Below, piece after piece: positions 9,141 through 19,789 of a stretch of 64,000 nt of DNA. The position numbers and the translations under genes are program-made. Within the stretch, counting starts at the first letter, position 1; each line of letters begins with the position of its first letter. Source of the stretch: an uncultured Gemmatimonadales bacterium (lineage in GTDB: Bacteria; Gemmatimonadota; Gemmatimonadetes; Gemmatimonadales; GWC2-71-9); contig CAWJIM010000024.1 of NCBI GenBank assembly GCA_963842945.1, forward strand, positions 32,001 through 96,000, in the 5' to 3' direction. The notes under the pieces were generated by a model, which saw nothing but the letters and a program-made list of their open reading frames with translations, was not told where the DNA came from and ran no database searches.

Positions 9141-10206
9141 CTACTCGTCCGAGTCACCGCCGGCACCGGCTCCAACTCCGACCGGTGCGCGCATGCCCAG
9201 GAGCTCTTTGACTTTGCCTTCAACCTCGGTCAGCAGCACCGGATTGTCGCGCAGGAACAGCTTGGCGTTTTCCCGGCCCTGGCCGATGCGCTGGTCGCCG
9301 TAAGAATACCAGGCGCCCGACTTTTGAATGATGCCGGCTTCAGAGGCGAGGTCGACCAGGAGAGACGTGTGGCTGATGCCCTCATCGAACATCACGTCGA
9401 ACTCGGCCTGGCGGAATGGCGGCGCGACCTTGTTCTTGACCACTTTGACCCTGACGTGGTTTCCGATGACGGTCTCCCGCTCCTTGACCGGTCCGATGCG
9501 GCGGATGTCGAGCCGGAGCGAGGCGTAGAACTTGAGCGCCTTGCCGCCCGGTGGTGGTTTCCGGATTACCGAACATGACCCCGATCTTTTCCCGCAGCTG
9601 ATTGATGAACACCACCGCGCAGTTGGAGCGATTGATGGCGCCGGCGAGCTTCCGGAGAGCCTGGCTCATGAGACGGGCCTGAAGTCCCATGTGACTATCG
9701 CCCATTTCACCCTCGATTTCCGCCTTGGGCACCAGAGCGGCAACGGAGTCGATGACCACCAGATCAACCGCGCCGGACCGGACCAGGATCTCGACGATCT
9801 CGAGCGCCTGCTCACCGGTATCCGGCTGGGAGACCAGCAGGTTCTCGATGTCCACGCCCAGCTTCTTGGCGTACTCGATGTCCAGCGCGTGCTCCGCGTC
9901 GACGTAGGCGGCTACGCCGCCCGTCTTCTGAACGTTGGCGGCGAGATGGAGGGTGAGAGTGGTTTTGCCCGAGGACTCGGGTCCATAGATCTCGGTGATG
10001 CGGCCCCGGGGAATTCCACCGACCCCGGTGGCAGCATCCAGATTGATGGCCCCGGTAGAAATGGCGGCCACTTTGACCCGCGGAGTATCCGCGCCCATCC
10101 GCATGATGGCTCCCTTGCCGAGCTGCTTCTCGATTTGGGAGATGGCGAGTCCGAGTGCCTTGCGGCGGTCGGCCTCGAGCCGGCTTTCATCAGGAGCAGC
10201 AGCCAT
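9141..10206 (-). CDS. recA: Recombinase RecA (frameshift at 9547-9549, probably a sequencing error)
   Basis: [21 protein letters not shown] and KNKVAPPF motifs. Removing one G restores [14 protein letters not shown]. Confidence 0.97.
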
Positions 10207-10226
10207 TCTATCCTCGATTAAAAGTG

Positions 10227-10303
10227 ACCGATTTTGCTACACCGAGTAGCGGATCCCAACCTAATACCGAAAGCAAACCGAAGCAAGATTGTCGGATGAC
10301 CGA
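10227..10303. promoter_or_regulatory. Five ACCGA boxes upstream of recA; candidate operator
   Basis: ACCGA at 10227, 10241, 10266, 10277 and 10299; the last three are spaced 11 and 22 bp. Confidence 0.4.
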
Positions 10304-10314
10304 ATTTCGAGTCA

Positions 10315-10734
10315 CTACATACCCCATCGCGTGCTCAAACGCCACGCGTCCGCAACGTGCTCCACCGCGTGGGTGCCCCCGGCGCCAACCTGCACCAGCA
10401 ACACATCGAACCGGTATTCATCGTCGGGACGGCCATGCCGGAGAATCCAGCCGTTGGCCACCCGGGCAATGTCTCGCTGTTTCCGGGCGCTTACCGCCTC
10501 GAGTCCGCTCCCATAACTGATCGAGCGCCGGGTTTTGACTTCGACGAAAGCCACCAGACGACCCTTTCGAACGACCAGATCGATGTCGTGATGGCCCAGC
10601 CGGAATCGGTGCGCCTCGACCGACCAGCCACACGAGGTGAGGAAGGCCATGGCCAGCCGCTCGCCTTCCACACCGAGCACCTGGCGCTCATCTTCCCACT
10701 CGATGACCGGAACGAACCGGCGGGTTACGCTCAT
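10315..10734 (-). CDS. yraN: YraN family putative endonuclease
   Basis: GVEGERLA, DIDLV, FVEVKTR and YRFDV motifs; start placed at MSVTRR. Confidence 0.88.
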   Translation of the reverse strand: MSVTRRFVPVIEWEDERQVLGVEGERLAMAFLTSCGWSVEAHRFRLGHHDIDLVVRKGRLVAFVEVKTRRSISYGSGLEAVSARKQRDIARVANGWILRHGRPDDEYRFDVLLVQVGAGGTHAVEHVADAWRLSTRWGM

Positions 10735-10820
10735 GCACCACAGTATGCGCCGCCCGTCGAAGAAAGAGATCGCTCTGCTGCGGTGCGGGGCAGGAAAGTG
10801 CGACGTGGCCTGATGATTCC

Positions 10821-10973
10821 AGAGCCACCACGGGACAGCCGATTGGAGGGGGAGTAGTGTCCTACGCCGTTCAAGGCAAGCAGTACGTCGCCGCGGCGTC
10901 GGGACCTCATGCCCCGGTGACATGGCGCCTGAAGACCTCTCCTGCAAAGTTGGTAGTGTACAGCCTGCCGTAG
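10821..10973 (+). pseudogene. Relic C-terminus of a PQQ-dependent dehydrogenase
   Basis: Frame reads TTGQPIGGGVVSYAVQGKQYVAAASG...AKLVVYSLP*, resembling the end of PQQ beta-propeller dehydrogenases. No matching upstream part is present. Confidence 0.7.
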
Positions 10974-11040
10974 CCGCTTTTAACTGCCCCGAGCTTCAGG
11001 GCATTCCCGGGTTTCCCCGCAATCGGGAGAGACAGCCACA

Positions 11041-12786
11041 GTGAAAACCACCGGGTTGGCGCTCGTCGACTATGCCATCATTGCCGTCTACTTCCTCTTC
11101 GTGCTCGGAGTAGGCTGGCTGGTCCGTCGCTCCGTCCACACCAGCAAGGATTTCTTCGAGGCGGGTCGCCGCACCCCCGCCTGGGTCGCAGGGCTCGCCT
11201 TCGTGTCGGCGAACCTGGGTGCTCAGGAGGTCATCGGCATGGGCGCCTCGGGTGCTAAATACGGCATTGCTACGGCGCATTTCTATTGGGTAGGCGCCAT
11301 ACCGGCCATGGTTTTCGTCGCCCTCTTCATGATGCCGTTCTACTACGGATCACGCGCTCGCAGCGTCCCGGAGTACCTGCGCCTGCGCTTCGATGAGAAA
11401 ACGAGGGCCTTTAATGCCGGCTCGTTCGCGGTGATGACGGTGTTTTCCTCCGGCGTCTCCATGTATGCCATGGGCAAGCTGTTCAACTTGCTGCTCGGCT
11501 GGGACATGGACGCGAGCATGCTGGCCGCCGCCGCAGTGGTCCTGGCGTATACCACCCTTGGCGGGCTCACCAGCGCCATCTACAACGAGGTGCTTCAATT
11601 CTGCCTGATTGTAGCCGGACTGCTCCCGCTGGTCTTCCTTGGCCTCCGGGATGTCGGGGGGTGGGACGGGCTCACCGCCAAGCTGGGGCTTGCCGCGACG
11701 GGCCAAGGCTATCCGCCGGGGGCCTACACCGAGGCCTGGAGACATCTGGGAGACCCCTCGCAGAACCCGGTCGGGGTGGAGTGGCTCGGCCTGGTCATGG
11801 GCCTGGGCTTTGTCCTCTCCTTCGGCTACTGGTGCACCGATTTCCTGGTGGTCCAGCGTGCCATGGCCGCAGACTCGATCACTGCCGCGCGGCGAACCCC
11901 ATTGATCGCCGCGATTCCAAAGATGCTGTTTCCCGCCCTGGTAATTCTGCCGGGAATGATCGCCTTTGCCCTTACCGCGTCAGGTGGCGCGTTGATTCCA
12001 ATAAAGCTCACCGGGGCACTCCAGCCGCTGCTCGATGCGCACGGACGCCAGGTGCTGGACTACGACCTGGCGACCCCGTCCATGTTGCTGCACTACTTTC
12101 CCAACGGCATGCTCGGGCTCGGCCTCACGGCGCTGCTGGCGTCGTTCATGTCCGGGATGGCCGGCAACGTGACCGCATTCAACACCGTATGGACCTACGA
12201 CATCTATCAGAGCTACATCCGGCCTGGGGCCTCGGATGCGCACTATCTCTGGGTGGGCCGGGCCGCGACAGTCGGCGGCGTGCTGCTCTCCATCGGCGCG
12301 GCCTACGTGGCGCGGTCGTTCAACAACATCATGGATGTTCTGCAGCTGGTCTTTGCTTTCGTCAACGCGCCGTTATTCGCCACCTTTGCGCTGGGAATGT
12401 TCTGGCGACGTACCACCGGACATGGCGCATTCGTGGGGCTGGTATCCGGCACGCTGGCGGCAGCCATTCACCACGGTCTCACGCTGCCTGCGGGAGCGGT
12501 TCCCGGAGTGAAGGGCGGGTACTTCGGCCTGCTCCATGTCTTTCCCAGCGAGTTGGCGCAGACCTTCTGGACCGCAATCGCGGCGTTTACCACCTGTGCC
12601 CTGGTGACGACTCTGGTTACCCTGGTGACGCGTCCCCGCCCCGATGCCGAGCTCCGGGGCCTGGTATACTCCTTGACCCCGCGGGCAGGTAGTACTGACG
12701 CGCAGCTGACCTGGTACCATCGGCCCGCGGTGCTGGCCGCGTTTGTCCTGGGCGCCACTCTGGTGCTCAACCTGATTTTCTGGTGA
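11041..12786 (+). CDS. Sodium:solute symporter (SLC5/SSS family, probably a sugar transporter)
   Basis: DFFEAGR, SANLGA, PEYLRLRF, YWCTDFLVVQR and ASFMS motifs; many TM helices. Confidence 0.93.
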   Translation: MKTTGLALVDYAIIAVYFLFVLGVGWLVRRSVHTSKDFFEAGRRTPAWVAGLAFVSANLGAQEVIGMGASGAKYGIATAHFYWVGAIPAMVFVALFMMPFYYGSRARSVPEYLRLRFDEKTRAFNAGSFAVMTVFSSGVSMYAMGKLFNLLLGWDMDASMLAAAAVVLAYTTLGGLTSAIYNEVLQFCLIVAGLLPLVFLGLRDVGGWDGLTAKLGLAATGQGYPPGAYTEAWRHLGDPSQNPVGVEWLGLVMGLGFVLSFGYWCTDFLVVQRAMAADSITAARRTPLIAAIPKMLFPALVILPGMIAFALTASGGALIPIKLTGALQPLLDAHGRQVLDYDLATPSMLLHYFPNGMLGLGLTALLASFMSGMAGNVTAFNTVWTYDIYQSYIRPGASDAHYLWVGRAATVGGVLLSIGAAYVARSFNNIMDVLQLVFAFVNAPLFATFALGMFWRRTTGHGAFVGLVSGTLAAAIHHGLTLPAGAVPGVKGGYFGLLHVFPSELAQTFWTAIAAFTTCALVTTLVTLVTRPRPDAELRGLVYSLTPRAGSTDAQLTWYHRPAVLAAFVLGATLVLNLIFW

Positions 12787-12823
12787 GGAGCGTCGGACCT
12801 GAACCCATCGGAGGAGAGAGTGT

Positions 12824-13057
12824 ATGCCGCTTGATGTGCGATTGCCGATTAGCGGTCTGTTTGTCGCGGTAGGTCTTCTGCTGCTGGGCTATGGAGCGGG
12901 AGTCGAGGGGCTGGGGACGAGCGAGGGAGAGCTGAACGCGATCTGGGGTCTGGTCATGCTGCTCTTCGGCGTCGTGCTCGGCTACTATGGCATGCGGAGT
13001 GAGCGCCGCGGCCGGTCGATCGCAGAACGCAATGCGACACATCCCGATGTCAAATAG
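12824..13057 (+). CDS. Small 2-TM membrane protein, probable SSS partner
   Basis: GGAG RBS; sequence LDVRLPISGLF...NAIWGLVMLLFG; follows the SSS gene. Confidence 0.7.
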   Translation: MPLDVRLPISGLFVAVGLLLLGYGAGVEGLGTSEGELNAIWGLVMLLFGVVLGYYGMRSERRGRSIAERNATHPDVK

Positions 13058-13079
13058 CCCCTCCGTACTTGACTCACAT

Positions 13080-13110
13080 ATCCCCTCCTCCCCGCTTCCC
13101 CCTTCCCCGC
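13080..13110. repeat. Octamer array (TTCCCCGC family) just after the ftsK stop
   Basis: ATCCCCTC CTCCCCGC TTCCCCC TTCCCCGC. Confidence 0.7.
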
Positions 13111-13113
13111 TTG

Positions 13114-15382
13114 TTACCCGCAGTACTCGTCCAGCTGATCGAACCCCACCAGAACGTCGCGCGGTTTGCTTCCGTCGGGCGGGCCCAGGATGCCGGCGTA
13201 GTGTAGCTGGTCGATGATCCGCGCAGCGCGGCCATACCCGATCCTGAGGCGTCGCTGCAGCAGCGAGGTGGATCCTCCCTGGTTCTGAATGCAGGCTTCG
13301 GCGGCTTCCCGAAACAGCGGATCCCGCTCGCCTTCCTGTGCCTCCGGGCCCGACTCGCCCTCGGCCTCCTGAGCCCGGACCAGCTCGAGGATGTCGGCTT
13401 CCTGGGCCTCGGCCGCCTCATGTGCCGCGCGCCGGGCGGCCCGCCGGGCGACGTACCAGTCCATCACCCGCTCCGATTCGTCGGTGCTGATATAGGCGCC
13501 CTGCAGCCGCATCGGCTCACTCTTGCCGGGAGGCAGGAACAGCATATCACCGTTGCCCAGGAGCGCTTCCGCGCCGTTCTGGTCGAGGATGGTCCGGCTA
13601 TCGACCTTGGACGCCACCCGGAATGCGATCCGGCTGGGGAAGTTGGCCTTGATCAGGCCGGTGATCACGTTGACCGACGGACGCTGGGTGGCAAGGATCA
13701 GGTGTATGCCGATGGCCCTGGCCTTCTGGGCCAGAATAGCCAGCGGAGTTTCTACCTCACCCTGCACCGTCATCATGAGATCGGCCAGCTCATCGATGAT
13801 CATGACGATGAACGGCAGCACCCCATCGCGATACGTCTCGTCCACCGCCTCTTCTGGGGGAGTGTCCGGCGCCTCAGCGCTGACCGTGGTCAGCGTGGGC
13901 TTGGGCCGAGGCGGGTGCCTGAGCGGCTTGCCTTCCTCCACCTTCCGGTTGAAGTCGGCGATGTTGCGGGCCCCATTGGCCTGCAGCAGCTCGTAGCGCC
14001 GCTGCATCTCGAACACCGCCCACTTGAGCACGGATGCGGCATCGTGATTGTTCGTGACGACCTTATGGCGGAGATGGGGAAGCGCGTTGTACATCGACAG
14101 CTCCACCATCTTGGGATCGATCATCAGAAATCGCAGGTGCTTCTGGGTATAGCGATAGATCAGACTGCTGATGATGGTATTGATGGTGACCGACTTGCCG
14201 GTGCCCGTTGCGCCGGCTATCAGCAGATGCGGCATCTTGGTCAGGTCGGCGATGACCGGTTTTCCCTCCAGATCGTGGCCCAGCGCTATGGGAAGAACGG
14301 CGCGCCGATTGGCCCAATCGGATGACTCGAACAGCTCTCGCAACGTGACGATGCGTGCGGTGGGATTGGGGATCTCGACTCCGACGGCGCCCTTCCCGGG
14401 AATAGGAGCGACCCTGACCGAGGGAACCCTCATCGCGATGGCCAGGTCGTCGGCCAGGGAGCCGATCCGCCCGGCTTTCACCCCGGGTGCCGGCACCACC
14501 TCGAACTGGGTGACCACCGGACCCGTGGTACGCGGGCCGGGCCGGCCCTCCACCTTGAATGTCCGCAGGGTCTCGATCAGCGAATTCCCCAGTCGGTCCA
14601 GCTGAGCCTCTCCGGCGTCAACGTCCTGGTCTGAGGGCGGGGTGAGCAGTTCCACGGGCGGCAAATCCGACTCCTCGTCGACCATCGCCAGCGCGTCGGC
14701 CGAGTTCTTTTTCGCCTTCTTCTCTTTTCGTTGCCGAGAGTCAGTAGGGCGGAGAAAGGATAAGATAGGGGCGGGCTCCGCCGGAGGTTCGGCCGGCTCC
14801 GGCTCGACGGCTTTCCGTTTCCGCCGCTCGGACCTGACGCTGCGCTCGTCAGGCGTATTTGCTGCCCCGCTTCCCCGCTGCCCCGCCTCCCCGCCTCTTT
14901 CCAGCCGTTGCAGCGGATGCCAGGCGAACGTGGCGAGAGTCAAGGCGGAAAGCGCCAGGAACCCGAGCAGCACGGCCCCAGCGACGCCAACCTTTTCCGA
15001 GATTGCCTCCGCGAAGAAACCGGGCAGCACACCGACGATGCGAGCAGCGAAGCCACGTTGGGCGACGTCGATGTCCAGGTCGCTTCTCCCCACGTGGGTT
15101 ATCACTCCCACCAGGTACGGAATGAGCAGGCTCAGTCCGACGATGAGCACCGCCGATCGCTTCATGTCGAGGTTGCCCAATCGGTCGAATCCCGCCAGCG
15201 CCAGCCCGGCCCCGAGCAGCGGAATACCCACCGCGCCCGCACCGAGGATTTGCCAGAGCCCATGGCCGATGTAGCGGCCAACCGGCCCCGTGATCGGGAA
15301 TCGGGAGCAAGGTGAGGCCGACAAAGAGACCCAGCACCAGAGCGGTGAGGGCTCCCAGCCGACGGCGGGAGTCGGTACTCAT
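13114..15382 (-). CDS. ftsK: DNA translocase FtsK (frameshift at 15296-15298, probably a sequencing error)
   Basis: N-terminal TMs, MPHLLIAGATGTGKS, IDELADLMM, ATQRPSV and gamma domain SLLQRRLRIGYGRAAR. Confidence 0.96.
14863..14894. repeat. Four octamer units in frame inside the ftsK linker
   Basis: TGCCCCGC TTCCCCGC TGCCCCGC CTCCCCGC; encodes GGEAGQRGSGA. Confidence 0.8.
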
Positions 15383-16123
15383 ACCGGCACAGCTGCCAGG
15401 GTGACCCGCCGCTCGTGGTATAGAGGCAGCACCGGATACGCATCCATCCGGGCAGCCTCACGCAGGTCTTCCCGGAACCCCAGCTTCACCAGCTCGCGCC
15501 CGGCCCGGCTGTACGTCAGTGGACGCTCCCATCCATCGCGATAGCGTCGAACCAGATCGAGGCACGCTATGGCCGCGTCGTTCAGGCCCCGTCGGGGCCT
15601 GGGGCTACCCAGAACCGCCGCTGCGAAACGCCCGGCACAGTAGGCATCATCAAGGGAGAAAGCAGCCTCCCGGCCCGCGCACACGATCAGGATATGCCGG
15701 TCACTTTCCAGTACCTCGCGCGCCTTTTCAGCCGCCGCGGACAAGATTTACTGCGGCGGTGGGATACACTGCGGTGGCTCCCTGGGTAGCGAGGAGAGCC
15801 TTGGTCCCGTTGCTGGTGGTTACGATGATAGTCTTCCCTCGCACCGCCAGCTCGGTCATCTCCAGCGGGCTGTTGCCAAGGTGGAACCCGGGAATCCGGA
15901 CGCAGTCTTTCTCGCCCGCCAGAAGTACGTCCGCGCTTCCGATAGTCTGGGCCAGCCGAAGGGCCTCTTCGGTGGAGGCGACCGGAATGATCGCCTTGGC
16001 GCCCCGGCTCAAGGCGGCGCACATCGAGGTTGTGGCCCGCAGGATATCGATGACGAATACGGATCTCCCCTGCACCTCGGCTGAAGTCAGACCGGCGGGT
16101 GAAAACAGGATATCGATTCTCAT
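15379..16123 (-). CDS. comB: 2-phosphosulfolactate phosphatase family protein (frameshift near 15743)
   Basis: [22 protein letters not shown] and CAGR...[10 protein letters not shown] motifs. Removing one base gives VNLSAAAE. Confidence 0.85.
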
Positions 16124-17478
16124 GTTTCCGGCCGCAGCAGGTGAGACTCCCGCTCGAGAAAACGGGTGTCGACCTTCCCCGCGACGAAATCGGGATGGCG
16201 AATGACCCGGGCCAAAAACGGAATTGTTGTGGTGACGCCTTCCAGGATAAAGCTGTCCAGCGCCGGACCCATCCGGCTCAGCGCCTCCTCCCGCGTGTTG
16301 CCGTGAACGATCACCTTGGCCAGCAGCGAATCGTAGTAGGGCGGCACCCTGTATCCGGCGTACACGTGGGTATCGAGCCGAATTCCGGGCCCACCCGGAG
16401 GATGGTAAGCTGTAATCAGGCCGGGCGAAGGTTGGAAGTTACGGTAGGGGTCCTCCGCATTGATCCGGCATTCGATGGCGTGACCCCGAAGTCGCCGGCC
16501 GTCCCCCTGGAAACTGACCGGCTCTCCCGACGCCACGCGAATCTGTTCTTTGACGATGTCAAAGCTGGTCACCATCTCGGTGACCGGATGCTCCACCTGG
16601 ATTCGAGTGTTCATCTCCATGAAGTAGAATTTCCCTTCCGGATCCAGGAGGAATTCGAGCGTCCCCGCGCCGGCGTAACCGATGTTGGAGGCCAGCGCCA
16701 CGGCGGATTGCCCCATCCGGGCCCGCAGCTCGTCATCCAGGGCGGGGCTCGGGCTCTCTTCGATGAGTTTCTGATGGCGGCGCTGCACCGAGCAATCCCG
16801 CTCGCCCATGTGAACGACCTTGCCGTGCAGGTCGCCCATCACCTGGATCTCCACGTGCCTGGGATGCTCCAGATACTTCTCGACATACACCGCGCCATTG
16901 CCGAAGGCTGCCAGGGCTTCGTTTTGGGCCAAACCAAAGAGCTGGGAGAACTGCTCCGGATCATGGGCGATCCGCATGCCCTTTCCGCCGCCGCCTGCTG
17001 TGGCCTTGATGATGACGGGGAAGCCGATCTGGTTGGCAAAGCCCAGAGCGTCGTCCACCTCTTCGATCGTTCCGGGCGAGCCGGGGACGGTAGGAACGCC
17101 CGCCTCAGTAGCCAACCGCCGGGCGGTGGCCTTGTCGCCCATTTGCCGGATCTGGTCCCCGGTCGGGCCGATGAACGTGATGTTGGACGCGCGACAGGTG
17201 TCGGCGAACTCCGCATTCTCCGCCAGAAACCCGTACCCCGGATGAATCGCGTCGGCCCCGGTGATCTCGGCGGCGGCGATGAGATTGGGGATGCGGAGAT
17301 AGGAGTTACGACTGGGCGGCGGCCCGATGCAGACGTCATCGTCGGCAAAGCGGACGTGCAGTGACTCGCGATCGGCCTCGCTGTAAACGGCGACGGTCTC
17401 GACCCCCAGCTCGCGGCACGCGCGGATGACCCGAAGGGCGATCTCCCCCCGGTTGGCGATCAGGACCTTCTTAAACAT
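16120..17478 (-). CDS. accC: Acetyl-CoA carboxylase biotin carboxylase
   Basis: [27 protein letters not shown] and [13 protein letters not shown] motifs. Confidence 0.98.
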   Translation of the reverse strand: MFKKVLIANRGEIALRVIRACRELGVETVAVYSEADRESLHVRFADDDVCIGPPPSRNSYLRIPNLIAAAEITGADAIHPGYGFLAENAEFADTCRASNITFIGPTGDQIRQMGDKATARRLATEAGVPTVPGSPGTIEEVDDALGFANQIGFPVIIKATAGGGGKGMRIAHDPEQFSQLFGLAQNEALAAFGNGAVYVEKYLEHPRHVEIQVMGDLHGKVVHMGERDCSVQRRHQKLIEESPSPALDDELRARMGQSAVALASNIGYAGAGTLEFLLDPEGKFYFMEMNTRIQVEHPVTEMVTSFDIVKEQIRVASGEPVSFQGDGRRLRGHAIECRINAEDPYRNFQPSPGLITAYHPPGGPGIRLDTHVYAGYRVPPYYDSLLAKVIVHGNTREEALSRMGPALDSFILEGVTTTIPFLARVIRHPDFVAGKVDTRFLERESHLLRPET

Positions 17479-17506
17479 GCGGTGGGCTCGAAACCTGCCG
17501 CGGCAT

Positions 17507-18688
17507 CTATGGCGTCAGGTCCAGAGTCTGCGACTTGGCCGCCTCGCCCGTAACCTCGTCGAATTTCCGATCCGATGTCGAATCCACGCCGGACACCCGG
17601 AGCGCGAACTCATTGGGATTGGTGGAGTAGAACAGCGCACTTTCGTAGGAGATCAGCCCGTCCTTGTACCACCGCATTAGTGACTGGTCGAAGGTCTGCA
17701 TCCCGTAGGAGACCGCGCCGTCGGCGATCAGATCGGGAATGAGCAGCGCCTTCTCGATGTCGCGAATATTGTCGGCCACCGCCGCCGTATTGATCAAGAC
17801 CTCGGCCGCGGGAATCCGCCCCCTCCCATCGGCTCGCGGGACCAGCCGCAGCGATACCACCGCCTGGAGCGCGGTCGACAGCAGCATCCGGACTTCCTGG
17901 TGCTGGTGGGGCGGATAAAAGGACAGAATACGGTTGATGGTCTGGCTTGCGTCCGTGGTGTGCAGCGTGGAGAACACCAGGTGGCCCGTGTCGGCGGCCT
18001 TCAGCGCGGTGTCGAGGGTTTCGACGTCGCGGATCTCACCGACCAGAATCACGTCGGGGTCCTGCCGGAGCACGTGACGGAGCGCCATGCCGAAGGAGAT
18101 CGTGTCGTTCCCCACCTCGCGCTGCGAGATATTGGACTGCACGTCGCGATGGAGGAACTCGATCGGGTCTTCGATGGTGATCACGTTGACCCGGCGGTTC
18201 TGGTTGATGTGGTTGATCATCGAGGCCAGCGCCGTGGATTTCCCGGACCCGGTTACCCCGGTCACCAGCACCAGACCGCGGGGACGCAAGGCGATCTCTT
18301 CCAATACCGCCGGCAGACTCAGCTCCCGGACGGTCTTGACCTCATAGGGGATGGCACGAAAGGCAAAGGCGAGCGTACCCCTCTGCTGGTAGATGTTGGT
18401 GCGGAAGCGTCCCACACCGGGAACGCCAATGGCAAAGTCCGCCTCCTTTTTCTCGGCAAACTCCTTGACTTGGCGCGGCGTCATGATCTGCTCCGCCAGC
18501 AGCTTCAGGTCCTCCGGCTTGACCGGCGGCATTTCCAGACTGTGCAGGTCCCCATTCACCCGGACGGTCGGGGGCCGCCCTACCTTGAGCAGCAGATCGG
18601 AGGCGTTCCGCTGGACCATCTGGGAGATGGCCTGCTTGAAGTTGAAGCTGGACTGAGGGGAGGAGGACGGCGCTTTCGCCTCAGCCAT
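17507..18688 (-). CDS. pilT: PilT/PilU type IV pilus retraction ATPase
   Basis: [42 protein letters not shown] and GMQTFDQSL motifs. Could be a PilU or PilT paralogue. Confidence 0.88.
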   Translation of the reverse strand: MAEAKAPSSSPQSSFNFKQAISQMVQRNASDLLLKVGRPPTVRVNGDLHSLEMPPVKPEDLKLLAEQIMTPRQVKEFAEKKEADFAIGVPGVGRFRTNIYQQRGTLAFAFRAIPYEVKTVRELSLPAVLEEIALRPRGLVLVTGVTGSGKSTALASMINHINQNRRVNVITIEDPIEFLHRDVQSNISQREVGNDTISFGMALRHVLRQDPDVILVGEIRDVETLDTALKAADTGHLVFSTLHTTDASQTINRILSFYPPHQHQEVRMLLSTALQAVVSLRLVPRADGRGRIPAAEVLINTAAVADNIRDIEKALLIPDLIADGAVSYGMQTFDQSLMRWYKDGLISYESALFYSTNPNEFALRVSGVDSTSDRKFDEVTGEAAKSQTLDLTP

Positions 18689-19214
18689 TAGGATCGACCC
18701 GGAAGAGAACCTGCCCGAATTCCACCGGCTGGCTGTCTTCCACCAGGATCTCGCGAACGGAGCCGGCGATTTCCGCCTCGATCTCGTTCATGATTTTCAT
18801 CGCTTCGATGATGCACACGGTTTGTCCTGGAGTTACCCGGTTGCCCACCTTGATATAGGGCTCGGCACCCGGCTCGGGGGCCTTGTAAAACGTGCCCACC
18901 ATTGGCGAGCGGATCTCCTTGAGCTGCGGCGCCGTGCTGGCTGGGCGCGGCGGGGCTTCCCGATGCTCCTGGTCCGCGGCTGAGGCGGCCGGAGGGTGCG
19001 CCACGACCACCGGCGCCGCGGCAGCAACTGGGGCAGCGGTTGTCCGGGTGATCACCACACCGGTGCCGAACCAACCCTTCACCTCGATCGATCCGATCTC
19101 CGGCGTCTCCCGCAGCAGCTGGGCCAGGCGCTTTACATCCTTGAGATCGATGGAGTGAATGCCCGGAACGTTTTGCAGCAGCTCGGCGAGCTCCTGCATC
19201 TCTTGTGGGCTCAT
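18681..19214 (-). CDS. accB: Biotin carboxyl carrier protein
   Basis: SPMVGTFY, EAMKIMNEI and VEFGQVLF motifs. Confidence 0.96.
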   Translation of the reverse strand: MSPQEMQELAELLQNVPGIHSIDLKDVKRLAQLLRETPEIGSIEVKGWFGTGVVITRTTAAPVAAAAPVVVAHPPAASAADQEHREAPPRPASTAPQLKEIRSPMVGTFYKAPEPGAEPYIKVGNRVTPGQTVCIIEAMKIMNEIEAEIAGSVREILVEDSQPVEFGQVLFRVDPNG

Positions 19215-19771
19215 ACGCGGGTCAAGTACTTGTCTTCGCGGCGGTCGACCCGGATCACCTGGCCCTCCTCGATGAAAAGCGGCACCTGCACCGTGGCACC
19301 CGTCTCCAGGGTGGCCGGCTTGGTTCCGCCGGTGGCGGTATCACCCCGGACGCCCGGGGCGGTTCGGGTGACGGTCAGTTCCACAAAGGAGGGGAGCTCC
19401 ACCGTGATGACCCGATCGTTGTGAACCAGACCCTCACACTCCATCCCTTCCTTCAGGTACTTCAGTTGATCCTGCCCGATCAGCTCGTCGGTCAGCATGA
19501 TGTCGTCGAACGTTTGCTGATCCATGAAGTGATAGAAGTGCCCGTCGACATACGAGAACTGTAGCGCCCGGCGCTCCAGCCGGACGTCGTTCACCCGCTC
19601 TCCCGCAGTGTAGGTCCGATCGATGACCGCGCCGGTTCGGATGTTCTTGAGCTTGGTTCGGACGAAGGCGCCGCCCTTGCCTGGTTTGACGTGCTGGAAG
19701 TAAACCAGCTGAAACAGCTGACCCTCGATCTCGAGAACGAGCCCATTTCTGAAGTCAGCGGTAGATGCCAT
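19211..19771 (-). CDS. efp: Elongation factor P
   Basis: HVKPGKGGAFVRTK and PGVRGDTATGGTKPATLETG motifs. Confidence 0.98.
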   Translation of the reverse strand: MASTADFRNGLVLEIEGQLFQLVYFQHVKPGKGGAFVRTKLKNIRTGAVIDRTYTAGERVNDVRLERRALQFSYVDGHFYHFMDQQTFDDIMLTDELIGQDQLKYLKEGMECEGLVHNDRVITVELPSFVELTVTRTAPGVRGDTATGGTKPATLETGATVQVPLFIEEGQVIRVDRREDKYLTRV

Positions 19772-19789
19772 GATTATGAGCTCGAGAGT

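Noticed and set aside
10289..10310. TTGTCGG resembling the actinobacterial PafBC/RecA-NDp promoter
   Set aside because: It is on the wrong strand for recA and has no matching -10 at the expected spacing.
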